Source: a virus
Lineage: Duplodnaviria > Caudoviricetes
Strand: one strand, 5' to 3'
IMG/VR virus record: IMGVR_UViG_2061766007_000586
Coordinates: 32,001-96,000 of that record
Length of the DNA stretch: 64,000 nt
Shown here: piece after piece, positions 10,135-20,351 of the stretch
How the letters are laid out: each line of letters starts with the position of its first letter
How positions within the stretch are numbered: the first letter of the stretch is position 1
The notes under the pieces: model-generated
The model's database searches: none
What the model was told of the DNA's origin: nothing
The model's input: the letters and a program-made list of their open reading frames with translations, nothing else
Translations under genes and position numbers: made by a program

Positions 10135-11281
10135 GTTAGTTGTTAGTAGTGGTGGCTTTGTTGAAGAAGTAGAAGCCTATTCTGGCGGAGTATTATCCGT
10201 TGTTGATGATGGTTCTGCTAACAGTGTCATCATTTATAGTAGTGGATATGTGTATATTGATTCAGGTGGATCTTGTAGTCTTGTAGATGTATCAAGTGGT
10301 GGATCATTATGCATCTGGAATAGTGGTACTGTGGATAATGTTAACATCTATGCTGGTGGCACTGTTGAAATAGACGAAAGTGGTACGGCATATGACGTTA
10401 AAGAAAGTGGTGGTCAAATAGAATTTGATCCTGAATACACGACAGTAAATATTACTGAACAAACAGTTTCAGATGGTATTAATGTATATGTAACAGATAC
10501 TGTTTCTGCAACTGCAACTGTCCATTCAGGAACTACATTCCAGAGTGTAAATATACACGAATTTGCTAATGCAAGTATATTTTCTAGTGGTTATGTAGGC
10601 ATTATGAATTTATATGGTTCAGCAACTATTGCAGCATCTGGATGTATTAAAACACTCCGTGTAATTGGACCTAATGCTTCTGCAGCTATACTAACTGATG
10701 CCATTATCCCAACATCTGGAGAAATTTGGGTTTACTCTGGTGGATGTGCTTCTGGTTATCAGCCTGTTCAAATTAACAGTGGTGTAGTAGTACAAGTGAG
10801 CATTGAACCTCGTGATGATTGGAGTGATGATGCAAGATCTGGTTCAGTCTACAATTTTGCTATTAATCCACATGGATCTTTCATTGTAGCATCTGGTGGT
10901 TATGCCAATGATATCATTGAAAACGGTGGATATGTAGAGCTTCAGGCAGGTGCAACTTGCTATTTTATACCTAACACAATGAGTGTATCTCTTGCGGGTG
11001 ATCCTAGATCCAACACTATGGATTACTGTACTGTTCACAGTGGAACCACACTTAGCAGGGCTACATTAACCAATAATGCTGCCATCTTTATCTTCTCAGG
11101 TGGTATTGCTAGTAATGTAAGTCTCTGTACAAGTACTTGTGGAATCTGGTGGGTAGATACAAACACAGATGATTATAGAGAAAATGGAGATTATGCAAAA
11201 GCTACTAGTGTAGTGTGTGGATCTCCTGGTGTCTATAAAGTATTAGCAAATGGTACGATTTCTCGTACTGGTAATGTTTAA
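10127..11281 (+). CDS. AIDA/autotransporter-passenger-like beta-helix repeat protein (fibre tip or adhesin)
   Basis: Approximately 19-aa VxSGG repeats; overlaps the upstream stop; AAGGAG at 10112-10117. Confidence 0.65.
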   Translation: MGELVVSSGGFVEEVEAYSGGVLSVVDDGSANSVIIYSSGYVYIDSGGSCSLVDVSSGGSLCIWNSGTVDNVNIYAGGTVEIDESGTAYDVKESGGQIEFDPEYTTVNITEQTVSDGINVYVTDTVSATATVHSGTTFQSVNIHEFANASIFSSGYVGIMNLYGSATIAASGCIKTLRVIGPNASAAILTDAIIPTSGEIWVYSGGCASGYQPVQINSGVVVQVSIEPRDDWSDDARSGSVYNFAINPHGSFIVASGGYANDIIENGGYVELQAGATCYFIPNTMSVSLAGDPRSNTMDYCTVHSGTTLSRATLTNNAAIFIFSGGIASNVSLCTSTCGIWWVDTNTDDYRENGDYAKATSVVCGSPGVYKVLANGTISRTGNV

Positions 11282-11290
11282 TTATTCTAG

Positions 11291-11320
11291 CTACCTCTGC
11301 CTAGAAATAGGCAGAGGTAG
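11291..11320 (+). terminator. intrinsic terminator
   Basis: CTACCTCTGCCTA-gaaa-TAGGCAGAGGTAG followed by a T tract. Confidence 0.8.
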
Positions 11321-11379
11321 TTTTTAATATAGCATTTTATTGAACAGTATTTTCAATTTTTAAATAGAAGGAGGCAATT

Positions 11380-12138
11380 ATGCCTGAACCTACAAGAAGA
11401 CTTCCTAATACCTCAGTAGATCCATCAGTATTAGCTCAGCACATGACTAGTCTGAACCCTCATCCTGGGGTTTGTATGCAATATAACGATCCTATTCTTT
11501 CGTTAAGATGTTTAACACTTTATCGCAATATTACTGACTTCAGAGTTATGCCTAAGTTAATGGGTGCTACTTATGCTCCATTCTTAGTTCTTTATGTTGG
11601 TGAAAACGGACGTGATTCTGCTACAGTTGAATCATACGTACAATATCATTATTATCGCTATAGTGGTGCTAAGGTTGGTAGATTCCCAAAATGGGAAGAC
11701 GTAACATCCTCTATTGTAGGAACTGCTGCGACAACAAATCAATCGTCAACCATCCCATCAGCCACTGTAACAAATGAAGAAATTATAGCGCACAATAATG
11801 ATGCAAATGCGCATGCTTCTTTATTTGCAGCAGTAGCTCCAAAAGAGCATACACATTCAGCATCTGATATTAGTGGAATTGGTGATGTTATTTCAGCTTA
11901 TTTGTTAGCAAATCCAATATCGCAAGTAGTACAAACAGCTAGTGGAAGTGAAGCAGGCACTGTCATATTAGCCACAACTGATGAAGTACTCAGCGGAACA
12001 TTTACAGACAGTAATAGAGTTGTAACTGTCGGCGATTTATGGACAGCTTTAAATGCTATTAATACTAGAATCGATAATATTTCTAGTGGAAATAACAGCA
12101 GTAGTAGTGGTGGCGGATATGATGATTTAGGCGATTAA
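11380..12138 (+). CDS. tail-fibre-associated protein
   Basis: HNNDANAH, HTHSASDISG and GTVILATTDEV...VVT fibre motifs; GGAGG RBS. Confidence 0.6.
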   Translation: MPEPTRRLPNTSVDPSVLAQHMTSLNPHPGVCMQYNDPILSLRCLTLYRNITDFRVMPKLMGATYAPFLVLYVGENGRDSATVESYVQYHYYRYSGAKVGRFPKWEDVTSSIVGTAATTNQSSTIPSATVTNEEIIAHNNDANAHASLFAAVAPKEHTHSASDISGIGDVISAYLLANPISQVVQTASGSEAGTVILATTDEVLSGTFTDSNRVVTVGDLWTALNAINTRIDNISSGNNSSSSGGGYDDLGD

Positions 12139-12143
12139 TGCCT

Positions 12144-12204
12144 ACTCACTATATTTCTAAAATTGACGACATTTCTCCTTGGTTATGAAATATAGTGAGT
12201 TTTT
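12144..12204 (+). terminator. large-loop terminator-like hairpin with an anti-SD loop
   Basis: 14-bp arms ACTCACTATATTTC / GAAATATAGTGAGT followed by a T tract. Confidence 0.55.
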
Positions 12205-12211
12205 AATACTT

Positions 12212-12245
12212 GGCTCTAGCACGCGGATATCCGCGTGCTAGAGCC
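12212..12245. terminator. perfect 34-bp palindrome between convergent genes, probable terminator
   Basis: GGCTCTAGCACGCGGAT-ATCCGCGTGCTAGAGCC. Confidence 0.7.
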
Positions 12246-12251
12246 TTTATA

Positions 12252-12821
12252 TCATTCTTCAATAATAGTAGTATCAGGAGTATTTACATAAGTATTGTGT
12301 TGCTGTGGAGCAACGTAAGTATTATTCTGCTGCAGTTCAGGAAGAAGAATTCTTTTTACAGTATCAAGATGTTCAAAGAACTGAAATACAAGAAACAACG
12401 CTGTAGCAATAGCAGCAATGGAAGCAACCCATTTTTCAACTCTCATTAGTCGTTCTACTACTGTATCATGTTCTTTTTTCAATTCAATAATATCCGAACT
12501 GTTTTGTGCAATATCTTTCTCAACTGTAGTAATACGTGAATGTGTTTTGTTAAGAGAATCAGTATATGTTTTAACTTCTGCTCTTAGATCTTTAATAGAT
12601 TTTTTCTGACTATCCATAGAATCAGAAAGTTTAGTAAGAGTAGTTGCTATTTGTTTGAACTCTTCTTGAGTTTGTTCATGATTCTTCCTAACTTCTGCAG
12701 TTAATTCTTTCAAATTACCCTCAATCTTTACATCAGCATCACCCTGAGATTCGAGTTTTGCCCTAAGTTCAGAAATAGCACCGACCTGTGTACAACCATG
12801 TTCTTCTGCCATAGTAATCAC
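12252..12821 (-). CDS. coiled-coil membrane protein (holin/lysis accessory candidate)
   Basis: Long heptad coiled coil followed by one hydrophobic helix, WVASIAAIATALFLVFQFF. Confidence 0.5.
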   Translation of the reverse strand: MITMAEEHGCTQVGAISELRAKLESQGDADVKIEGNLKELTAEVRKNHEQTQEEFKQIATTLTKLSDSMDSQKKSIKDLRAEVKTYTDSLNKTHSRITTVEKDIAQNSSDIIELKKEHDTVVERLMRVEKWVASIAAIATALFLVFQFFEHLDTVKRILLPELQQNNTYVAPQQHNTYVNTPDTTIIEE

Positions 12822-13696
12822 ACTTTCTGTCTGAGCTTATTATAGATAAGCGTATAGTTATGAGATAAGGACATGAGATTTAAAATACCCATGCCGAATA
12901 AATCTATAGTCTTAGCTAAAGTCTCTGCAGAATCTGATAATGAACTAGCCACAGATGAAATAACTGTAGCGTCTTTATTACTTTCTATATCAGAGATTAT
13001 GGCTGTTATATCGTCAGTCAATTTACTAATAGATGCTACACTTTCAAGGTATCTCTCAACTTGAAGGATCACATCTTTAGTCGAACGGAGTTCACCAACA
13101 CTCTTAAATTCTTTTGTAAATGGTCTTGTCGGAGATGATTCTTTACCAGAGAATTTGCTCTCCATCTCTGTCGCCATACGGGTGACAAAAGACTTCTTCC
13201 CATTCATCGCAGCGGCAAAGCTTCCGACCTGCACTGTGACATCATGGTTTCTATGAACGTTTGTACAAAATTGTTTAAGTGTTGATTTAATGTTTGTTAA
13301 AAGGGACCTCAGGTCTAAATCATTAAATAAGGTATTTAAAAATGTTGCAGCATCCTTGTAGGATGTTGTCATTCCCGTAGGAACATCAATATCTACTTGA
13401 AATATCTCATTATCTATATTTAAACTTTCAATCTTGTGTACTGTAGCAGCGTGATCATCACAGTACTTTTTAAGTTCCCCTCGCTTTACCGATTTTGTAA
13501 ATTTTGTAATAGAGGTTGTCAGTGTATTGAAGATTCTTCCAAAGTAATCTAAAACTGTTAGAAGAGTCTGAGCTTCATTAGAATATTCTATCTTAGCTTT
13601 GTATTCTTCAATTGACGCACATATGTCGCGCATAACCGACACATCGTAAATGCTAGATGCTTCTAGCTCATCATACGCAGCAGCAAACGTCAGCAT
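12818..13696 (-). CDS. putative internal head protein with a propeptide
   Basis: Acidic N-terminus ending in SNE-A, matching the S/A/G-x-E phiKZ prohead-protease motif; late motif upstream. Confidence 0.5.
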   Translation of the reverse strand: MLTFAAAYDELEASSIYDVSVMRDICASIEEYKAKIEYSNEAQTLLTVLDYFGRIFNTLTTSITKFTKSVKRGELKKYCDDHAATVHKIESLNIDNEIFQVDIDVPTGMTTSYKDAATFLNTLFNDLDLRSLLTNIKSTLKQFCTNVHRNHDVTVQVGSFAAAMNGKKSFVTRMATEMESKFSGKESSPTRPFTKEFKSVGELRSTKDVILQVERYLESVASISKLTDDITAIISDIESNKDATVISSVASSLSDSAETLAKTIDLFGMGILNLMSLSHNYTLIYNKLRQKV

Positions 13697-13750
13697 AATT
13701 CACCCAATTAATAATATTAAATGTTTAATGATTAAGAGTTCGATTCACAT

Positions 13751-13759
13751 CATAAAATG
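13751..13759 (-). promoter_or_regulatory. late-type promoter motif CATTTTATG
   Basis: Exact copy upstream of 12818..13696. Confidence 0.5.
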
Positions 13760-13772
13760 TTATATAATTATA

Positions 13773-13797
13773 GTAGTAGGGGAAAATCCCCTACTAC
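13773..13797 (-). terminator. terminator after the helicase
   Basis: GTAGTAGGGGA / TCCCCTACTAC inverted repeat. Confidence 0.65.
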
Positions 13798-13799
13798 CA

Positions 13800-15365
13800 T
13801 TATTCTTGCTTAATTTGAGAAAAGAAATCTTCAGCCTCTTTGGGCTCTTCTTTTGGTTTATTAATAGATGCTGCATCAGCATAAATATCCTGAATACTTG
13901 CATCTTTAGATCCTACATCATCCATGATGCCAAGATCATCACTGATAAATCGATAAGCACAGAATTTATCTTTTGCTGGTGGTGGTGCATTATTACGATG
14001 CTTATTCCAAGCAAACGTAATATAATCGATATTATCGATATGCTCTATCATTTGGAATATCAAAATATCAAGAGCTCGTCTGATACCTTTTGCATCTGCT
14101 AACGCTGCACCAGTTAATTTTTTAACAGGACAAACCTCTCCTGTACTAACTAATTGCTCTGCAGTTTTATCAAGTTGTAATCCTGCAAACAATGCAATAT
14201 CACGTGCATGAGAAAGATCCATTAACTTCTGATAAAGTTTTTCCAATGCTTTTGGTGCATTGTCTCTATCATTGGTTTCAATTTTCATTAAAGCAGGATA
14301 GTCGATCAATAAGCAAACTACTTCCATGTCTTTCATTTCAAGACGAGAAATAAGTTTCACAAGATCTGTATAACAGAAATCTTCACCAAATCTTTTTACG
14401 ATTAATCGATTCCCTGATTGATTTAAATATTCATAAGCTTCATCAATTAATTCTTCACGGCTGATATCTGGTGGAACTGGTTTACGATTCTTATTTACAT
14501 AAGCCATTCTAACCATATCGTTATAATTGTCTGAAACTTCGTTCTCCAAAGACACTAATACAATCGTAGGAGTTTTTGTTGGATCTTTTAAATCATACTT
14601 ATTATAAACTGTTGCCCAGATAGCAATGTTCATAAGCATATATGATTTACCATTGTACGATGGTGCTGCTAATCCAACTAATTCACCTCTACATACTCCA
14701 CCATTTACACCCATCATTCTGTTAAGTCCTTGCCAACCTAATCGAATGATGTTAGTTTTCTTTCTCTGCGCATATTTATCTGCACTGTTTAACATAGACG
14801 ACTTAGATGTAAAATCTAATTCATCGATACTCTCAGCTAATCCTATTACATTATTCTGAGCTTGAGTTAGATCATGTGCTTTATCTAACACTCGCTCAAT
14901 AATCAAATCATTCGCAGTTTCATCATCTTTGCTATACTGTCTGCATAGAGTTAATCCGTCTAAGAACGTATTATTCGATGCAGATATTAGACACCAATTC
15001 TGTACTCGTTTTCGTTTCTTTAATTCATTTCTTAAACTAAGTCCTTCTCCAACTCCTTGATTTAACATAGCAGCAACTTGCTCTACAAACATGGAATCTC
15101 TTTTTGCATAAGGACTTGCTTTGACTTTTAAAACAATTTTTCTAACTTCAGCTTTTCGATCCAATACACCTGTTTTATTTAAGTCTTTAATAATTTCAAT
15201 CAAGACATCCATATCGGTATCGACTGGAGCTTGACTCTTCTTGTTGTTTCTACCAGCATCATACAAATCAGTGAATTTCGTAAGAATATATCTTGTCTCA
15301 TCTGCTGTACTAAATGCTGCTAGTTCTAATGCATCAAGTAATAGACCTGTTGTAATTGGCAACAT
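13800..15365 (-). CDS. dnaB: DnaB-like replicative helicase (phiKZ gp118-like)
   Basis: Walker A APSYNGKS, SLEN, IDYPALM and QL motifs; divergent from the head-protein/capsid pair as in phiKZ. Confidence 0.88.
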   Translation of the reverse strand: MLPITTGLLLDALELAAFSTADETRYILTKFTDLYDAGRNNKKSQAPVDTDMDVLIEIIKDLNKTGVLDRKAEVRKIVLKVKASPYAKRDSMFVEQVAAMLNQGVGEGLSLRNELKKRKRVQNWCLISASNNTFLDGLTLCRQYSKDDETANDLIIERVLDKAHDLTQAQNNVIGLAESIDELDFTSKSSMLNSADKYAQRKKTNIIRLGWQGLNRMMGVNGGVCRGELVGLAAPSYNGKSYMLMNIAIWATVYNKYDLKDPTKTPTIVLVSLENEVSDNYNDMVRMAYVNKNRKPVPPDISREELIDEAYEYLNQSGNRLIVKRFGEDFCYTDLVKLISRLEMKDMEVVCLLIDYPALMKIETNDRDNAPKALEKLYQKLMDLSHARDIALFAGLQLDKTAEQLVSTGEVCPVKKLTGAALADAKGIRRALDILIFQMIEHIDNIDYITFAWNKHRNNAPPPAKDKFCAYRFISDDLGIMDDVGSKDASIQDIYADAASINKPKEEPKEAEDFFSQIKQE

Positions 15366-15396
15366 AATTATAGTTTCCTTTTATGCATAAATAGTG

Positions 15397-15405
15397 CATT
15401 TTATG
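15397..15405 (+). promoter_or_regulatory. late-type promoter motif CATTTTATG
   Basis: Exact copy upstream of the capsid operon. Confidence 0.55.
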
Positions 15406-15496
15406 ATGTTGTCACTGATAGGGTAAATATTCCCTGCAATAAATGATGTCATCCTTTATTTTAATTGTACATCCTTAACTACAAAGGATTTTATTT

Positions 15497-17362
15497 ATGA
15501 GTTATTTAAAATTTATCTCAGCCTCACAAGAAGGTGTACCTACAAGCTGGGCAGTAAATCCTGATAAAGCTTATCTTAGCTTAAGCGATCTTGATCGTGC
15601 AGGATTTATTTTTCAACAATGCCTGATCTTGAGATATCTGTATCTTGTATATGGCGGTGGCATTCCTGTGTTAATCAGAAACTATGCTTCTGTGACATGG
15701 GAAAGAGTTAGAGGATTAATCCAGAGAAGTAATGTTCTACTGAATGATCCTAACACAAAACAGCAGGAACTTGAAAAAGGATCTTTCTCAAGTTACGTCA
15801 ATCTTATCAGAGAGTTAGCGTCTGGATTTGTGATTGAAAGAACAGAAGAAGCAAAGGAAGCTTTACTTCATTGCATTCGCTGTGGTCATGACTATCCAAA
15901 CGTTTTATCTGATACACCAACACAAATATCATTCTATGATACGTTCTTAACGTATTTAAGTCATGTGTCTTCTGATTTCTCCACAAATCAGCTTATCAGT
16001 CTTCCTTCTATCAGTTTAGTTGGACAAAGATTAGTCATCTGTTATGACGCCGTCTTTAACAACTATACTAGAAACCAGAAGCTGAGAGATACTCTGATAG
16101 CATCACAGATTGTACCAAATACATTCTTTGATTTTATCAGTGGTTATAGCTGGAATGATAAACCAGATCATGGACTTATGACTTTGGTTGGTATTTTAAG
16201 TACTTATAGTTTAGACCTTGATGATTCTTGGCTTTATAAAGATCACGATGAATCAACAAATAATCGTATTCTCGATAATCCCAGAACCAAAATTGGTCTA
16301 TTGGAAATATCAAGATCCACATCCAACGAATCGAAGATCTACAACATGCTTCATAAGTTGATGTGTCGTTTTGATCCGTATGTCAAGACGCCTTTTGATG
16401 CACTGGAGACATCGTCTGAAGCTAACTTTAGACGACTCTTTATCTCGCTGCTGATTGCCCTACGTCGCCAGTATAACCTGGTTTTCACCGAGTCTTCTAC
16501 TGGTATGTTATCGACAGTCATGGGTGAAGGTGAGATAATCTCAAGTTATCTCAATGCCACAAACACCAAAGGCGTTAGTAACGAAGCGTTATCAGAATTC
16601 AGACAGTCTGTATTTGCAGAGTTTCCTGAACTTCGTTTAGGTAACAGAATTGCAGATCCAAAAGTCTCATCTGATCATCGCAGTGTACCAAGTGCATCCT
16701 TAGAGGAAAGCCTTAAGGCATTACGTATTCATGACGTAGTGATAACAGGTCCGGCACCCTTTAAAGATGCGAAGAATGATGATGTAGAGGAATCTGATTC
16801 TAAGTCAGCCACTAGTAAGACCCCTGATCTTACTCTGGATGATATGCCTACTGATGATTCGACTGAACAAGGTGGGGATAATTTACCAGATATATCAGAT
16901 CTAGGTGAAGATGAACGTGGTGACGTTGGAGCAACAGGTGATGACGATACACCCGGTACCAAGTCAGATAATGGTAAAGATGAATCTACGGATGGCGAAA
17001 CAGAAGATGACACTGAAAAATCCGATACAGAAGGTGAAGAGAAGTCGGACAAACAAAGGGATAAAATCAGCATGCGCCCTGTCCCACCTCCAGCCGATGT
17101 TAGTGATAAAGAAGGTGTCAAACTCGAATTAACCTCCAGTGAAACAACAGATACGGTATTCTATCGCATGGAATTAAAAACATGGATAGATAGTATTCTT
17201 GACAATCCTCCAAAAACTATATCGCAACAAAAAATACAAGTATTAAGGAAGATTGAAGCATTCTGGTTAAATATTTTAACACCTCAATGTCTTCATGATT
17301 TAATTGACTCTGTCGTTAAACTTCCTGCAATGTTCAACATACATAAAGGTAAAAAATCATGA
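15497..17362 (+). CDS. head protein (phiKZ gp119-like by synteny)
   Basis: Lies between the helicase and capsid genes; SQE, SNE and SLE cleavage-like motifs; acidic disordered linker. Confidence 0.55.
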   Translation: MSYLKFISASQEGVPTSWAVNPDKAYLSLSDLDRAGFIFQQCLILRYLYLVYGGGIPVLIRNYASVTWERVRGLIQRSNVLLNDPNTKQQELEKGSFSSYVNLIRELASGFVIERTEEAKEALLHCIRCGHDYPNVLSDTPTQISFYDTFLTYLSHVSSDFSTNQLISLPSISLVGQRLVICYDAVFNNYTRNQKLRDTLIASQIVPNTFFDFISGYSWNDKPDHGLMTLVGILSTYSLDLDDSWLYKDHDESTNNRILDNPRTKIGLLEISRSTSNESKIYNMLHKLMCRFDPYVKTPFDALETSSEANFRRLFISLLIALRRQYNLVFTESSTGMLSTVMGEGEIISSYLNATNTKGVSNEALSEFRQSVFAEFPELRLGNRIADPKVSSDHRSVPSASLEESLKALRIHDVVITGPAPFKDAKNDDVEESDSKSATSKTPDLTLDDMPTDDSTEQGGDNLPDISDLGEDERGDVGATGDDDTPGTKSDNGKDESTDGETEDDTEKSDTEGEEKSDKQRDKISMRPVPPPADVSDKEGVKLELTSSETTDTVFYRMELKTWIDSILDNPPKTISQQKIQVLRKIEAFWLNILTPQCLHDLIDSVVKLPAMFNIHKGKKS

Positions 17363-19614
17363 GTGCTACATACTCTTTTGAAAGTTACATGAATGAGATC
17401 AAGAATCATGTCGCTTCTCGTAAATCCTACGATGATCCGAGACTGACTGATCTTTCTGGTCTCTCGAAAGAAGTGTCAATGGCTGTTGAAGAGCTGTTAA
17501 CTTCTACTAACGTTGTTACGAAATCTGGTGCACAGGGTGAATATTCACGTCCTGCTCAGGTCAGTTTTGAAGCCTTCTCCAATTCCTGCGGTGCTGATAA
17601 GCTCGAAACGCTTATGGATCGTTGCAGAGTTCCTGAATCCTGCCGCGAAGCTTGCATGGAAGAATGCGCTCTTATCATCAATCGTTCTCTCAAAGGAACG
17701 CAGGGTGCATGGGGTGAACAGTTCAAGCAGACTGATCACAGTGGTAATCAGAATCCTGTCAAAGATCTCAGTACCATCTATCCTATCGACGTTGTGCATG
17801 ACCTGACTGCAGTTACGCCTGCTCAGGAAGCTTTCGGTGCTAACATCGACATGGTCATTCCTGACCTGAAGATTACGCTCACGACTGCTATCATGAACTT
17901 CCACAGCAGAATTATGCCGCGTATGCTCCCGGTTCGTACAACCGATCAGCCAAACGCCACATATACCAAAGAATATCTTGAGATCTATGATAACTCTCAG
18001 CATGATGGTGAATCCATGAGACTTATCGATCTCTATGAAGATCCTACCTTTGCTCGCAACGAACTTAAGAAGATCATTCCTCTTAAGGCTCGTGACACCG
18101 AAGGCAAGTATGTTCTGAAAGATGGTATTCTTCTGTTTGGACCGAAGGCCAACATTCTCAAGCTCAGTCTTGATGACACGAAGCCTGGTTATGACAAGAT
18201 CAACAGAACAGACATCATCGAAGAAAACGTCAAACTCGAGTTCGTGTATGTCAGCCTTACCTCTGGCAGCAAGACCGAAGTCTTCGAAATTCCTGTTCCG
18301 GATAGCTTCAACCGTCTCAGCCGTTCCTACAATTCACACGATAGTGCTGATCGTCAGGGCGATTTCACCTTCGACTATAAGCTCTATGCTGATGAACCTA
18401 TCGCACAGGCTTGGAAGGCTGATCCAACAAGTGATGCAGATGAAAAGTCTGAGATCCTCGCTGGTCTCGCAGAAGATGATTTCATTCGTCTCCACATCAT
18501 CGTGAAGCCGAGCATCAACCTGAAGCGTGGTAACACTGATTGCCAGGGCAGCTTCACTGTCTCCGCTGGTAACAAGGAAGATGATGCCAAGACCGAACAG
18601 GCCACAATTGATCTGGCTGAAACTCTTAATGATGCAGCTGGTCACGGCTTAGTTGGTTATTCTCTGGATGCAAGATTCAGCGAAGCCAACCTCCGCAAGA
18701 CCAACATCGCCATGATGACACACAGAGTGCCGTTTGCATACGACATTCCTGTTGGTCGTAACTATGTCTTTGATTATGCTATTGGCCAGGTCAATGCAGA
18801 AGAAAACGCTGCAAACCTCGTCAAAATTATCGGCATTGGTCAGGACCACGTCCAGCTTACTGCTATTAAGAAGACGCTCGATGATGTCAACGATCGTATC
18901 GCTAACTTCACGGTCAATCCGGAAGATCCCTATGATCACGTTGGCGCAGACTTCGTCGCTGGCGACAAGATTCGCCCGACCATCTTCACTGGTACGCTTG
19001 ACTTCAGCAAACTCAACATCATCCGTGATGCTGACAGAAGCGGCGATATCAAGCAGAAAGCCAAGAGCTATCTCAATGGCGTTACTGCTCAGCTGATGCA
19101 GCTTTCCTTCCTCCAGCAGCAACTCGGTGGCAGCACGACTGCTACATTCAAAGTTGTCACCTCTATGGAAGTTCTTGCTAACGTCTTCTCGCAGCAGCAC
19201 ATCCATAACCACATGGTTAAAGATGACATGAGAGATCTCGGCGATGGCGTTGAATACGTTCTCGTTCTCGACAATGGTATCAGACTTGAGTTCATCACCT
19301 CAACGTTCAAGTATCTCCGCAACACATTAATCATGGTTCCGGTCATTCCTGGCAACGCTGAATGCGAACTCAACTTCGGTACTATTTGGAACAATGGTCA
19401 GATGGTTGCACATTACACTCCATCTGCTGATGCTGTCTGGCACCGTCTGTTCGCGAATATTCGTGAGCTCATGGTTGTCACTTGCCCGATTGGTGCTATC
19501 ATCGATATCACTGGTCTCGACATCGTCTCCGGTATTGCTAAGTACGCTGTCCTTCGTCCCAAAATCAAGACGATCCAGGCTGACGAAGAAACTCCGTATT
19601 ACCCCTACGATTGA
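17359..19614 (+). CDS. major capsid protein (phiKZ gp120-like)
   Basis: 751 aa; AQE-AF maturation-like site near residue 157; GYSLDARFSEANLR and LNFG motifs; strong C-ending codon bias; synteny. Confidence 0.85.
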   Translation: MSATYSFESYMNEIKNHVASRKSYDDPRLTDLSGLSKEVSMAVEELLTSTNVVTKSGAQGEYSRPAQVSFEAFSNSCGADKLETLMDRCRVPESCREACMEECALIINRSLKGTQGAWGEQFKQTDHSGNQNPVKDLSTIYPIDVVHDLTAVTPAQEAFGANIDMVIPDLKITLTTAIMNFHSRIMPRMLPVRTTDQPNATYTKEYLEIYDNSQHDGESMRLIDLYEDPTFARNELKKIIPLKARDTEGKYVLKDGILLFGPKANILKLSLDDTKPGYDKINRTDIIEENVKLEFVYVSLTSGSKTEVFEIPVPDSFNRLSRSYNSHDSADRQGDFTFDYKLYADEPIAQAWKADPTSDADEKSEILAGLAEDDFIRLHIIVKPSINLKRGNTDCQGSFTVSAGNKEDDAKTEQATIDLAETLNDAAGHGLVGYSLDARFSEANLRKTNIAMMTHRVPFAYDIPVGRNYVFDYAIGQVNAEENAANLVKIIGIGQDHVQLTAIKKTLDDVNDRIANFTVNPEDPYDHVGADFVAGDKIRPTIFTGTLDFSKLNIIRDADRSGDIKQKAKSYLNGVTAQLMQLSFLQQQLGGSTTATFKVVTSMEVLANVFSQQHIHNHMVKDDMRDLGDGVEYVLVLDNGIRLEFITSTFKYLRNTLIMVPVIPGNAECELNFGTIWNNGQMVAHYTPSADAVWHRLFANIRELMVVTCPIGAIIDITGLDIVSGIAKYAVLRPKIKTIQADEETPYYPYD

Positions 19615-19643
19615 TGTTGACACATCCATAACCACATGGTTAA
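19198..19643 (+). repeat. 23-bp exact direct repeat (19198-19220 and 19621-19643)
   Basis: CACATCCATAACCACATGGTTAA inside the capsid CDS and again in its 3' UTR. Confidence 0.9.
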
Positions 19644-19651
19644 GTAATACT

Positions 19652-19683
19652 TCTACTACTCTCCCGTTTGGGAGAGTAGTAGA
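19652..19683 (+). terminator. capsid operon terminator
   Basis: TCTACTACTCTCCC-gttt-GGGAGAGTAGTAGA followed by a T tract. Confidence 0.85.
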
Positions 19684-19740
19684 TTTTTTTATTTTAACAA
19701 AAAAAGAAACCCAGGATTGCTCCCAGGTTTCTTTTCGATC

Positions 19741-20217
19741 TTACGATCTGAACAGACTGACAAGTCCGTAGACTGCCAGTCCAATGATGGCGAATCCGGC
19801 AACGGCGCAGATGCGCTGGCGACGACGAATTCTTTTCATCTCAGCCTGAAATTCAGGGCTGTTGATTGTTGCATCAACAATGATCTTGGAAAGTTCTTCC
19901 GACGTCCTTTTGACAGACTCATTGAACTCTTTGCCAATCTCTTCAGATCTCTTCTTGATCTCTTTCTCATGAACTTTGTTTTCCGTGAGTTTGACAAGTT
20001 CGCCGAAAGTTCCGTCCTTCTTGAAATGATTGATTTCTTCCGTCGTAAAGACAATACCGAATTCGTTCTCGAGATCATTCACCGTACCGATGACAGTGAG
20101 TCCATCCACACCCAAATCATCAATGAGACGGTCAGTATCAACGATTTCTTTTTCGCTCTTGGCGAAAAGACCATAGTTGTCACGAAGCATAGTTTCGACA
20201 GTTTCTCTGATTTCCAT
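19741..20217 (-). CDS. acyl-carrier-protein-like domain (DGL in place of DSL) with coiled coil and C-terminal TM helix
   Basis: LIDDLGVDGLTVIGTVNDLENEFGIVF...TFGELV follows the ACP pattern; basic stretch then a hydrophobic tail. Confidence 0.65.
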   Translation of the reverse strand: MEIRETVETMLRDNYGLFAKSEKEIVDTDRLIDDLGVDGLTVIGTVNDLENEFGIVFTTEEINHFKKDGTFGELVKLTENKVHEKEIKKRSEEIGKEFNESVKRTSEELSKIIVDATINSPEFQAEMKRIRRRQRICAVAGFAIIGLAVYGLVSLFRS

Positions 20218-20351
20218 AACGACAAACTCCTTGTTTGGATTAAAGATAACGTTCGAGAAAGGCTACGAGCATATTACCAAAGATACGCCCATATCCATTT
20301 GTGAAGCTGAACGCAAGACGTTCAGCGTCAAGATGAATCTGATACATAAGG

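Noticed and set aside
12212-12245. Perfect palindrome as a mobile-element end or telomere-resolution site
   Set aside because: It sits at convergent gene ends like the other GC-rich terminators; no recombinase or transposase in the window.
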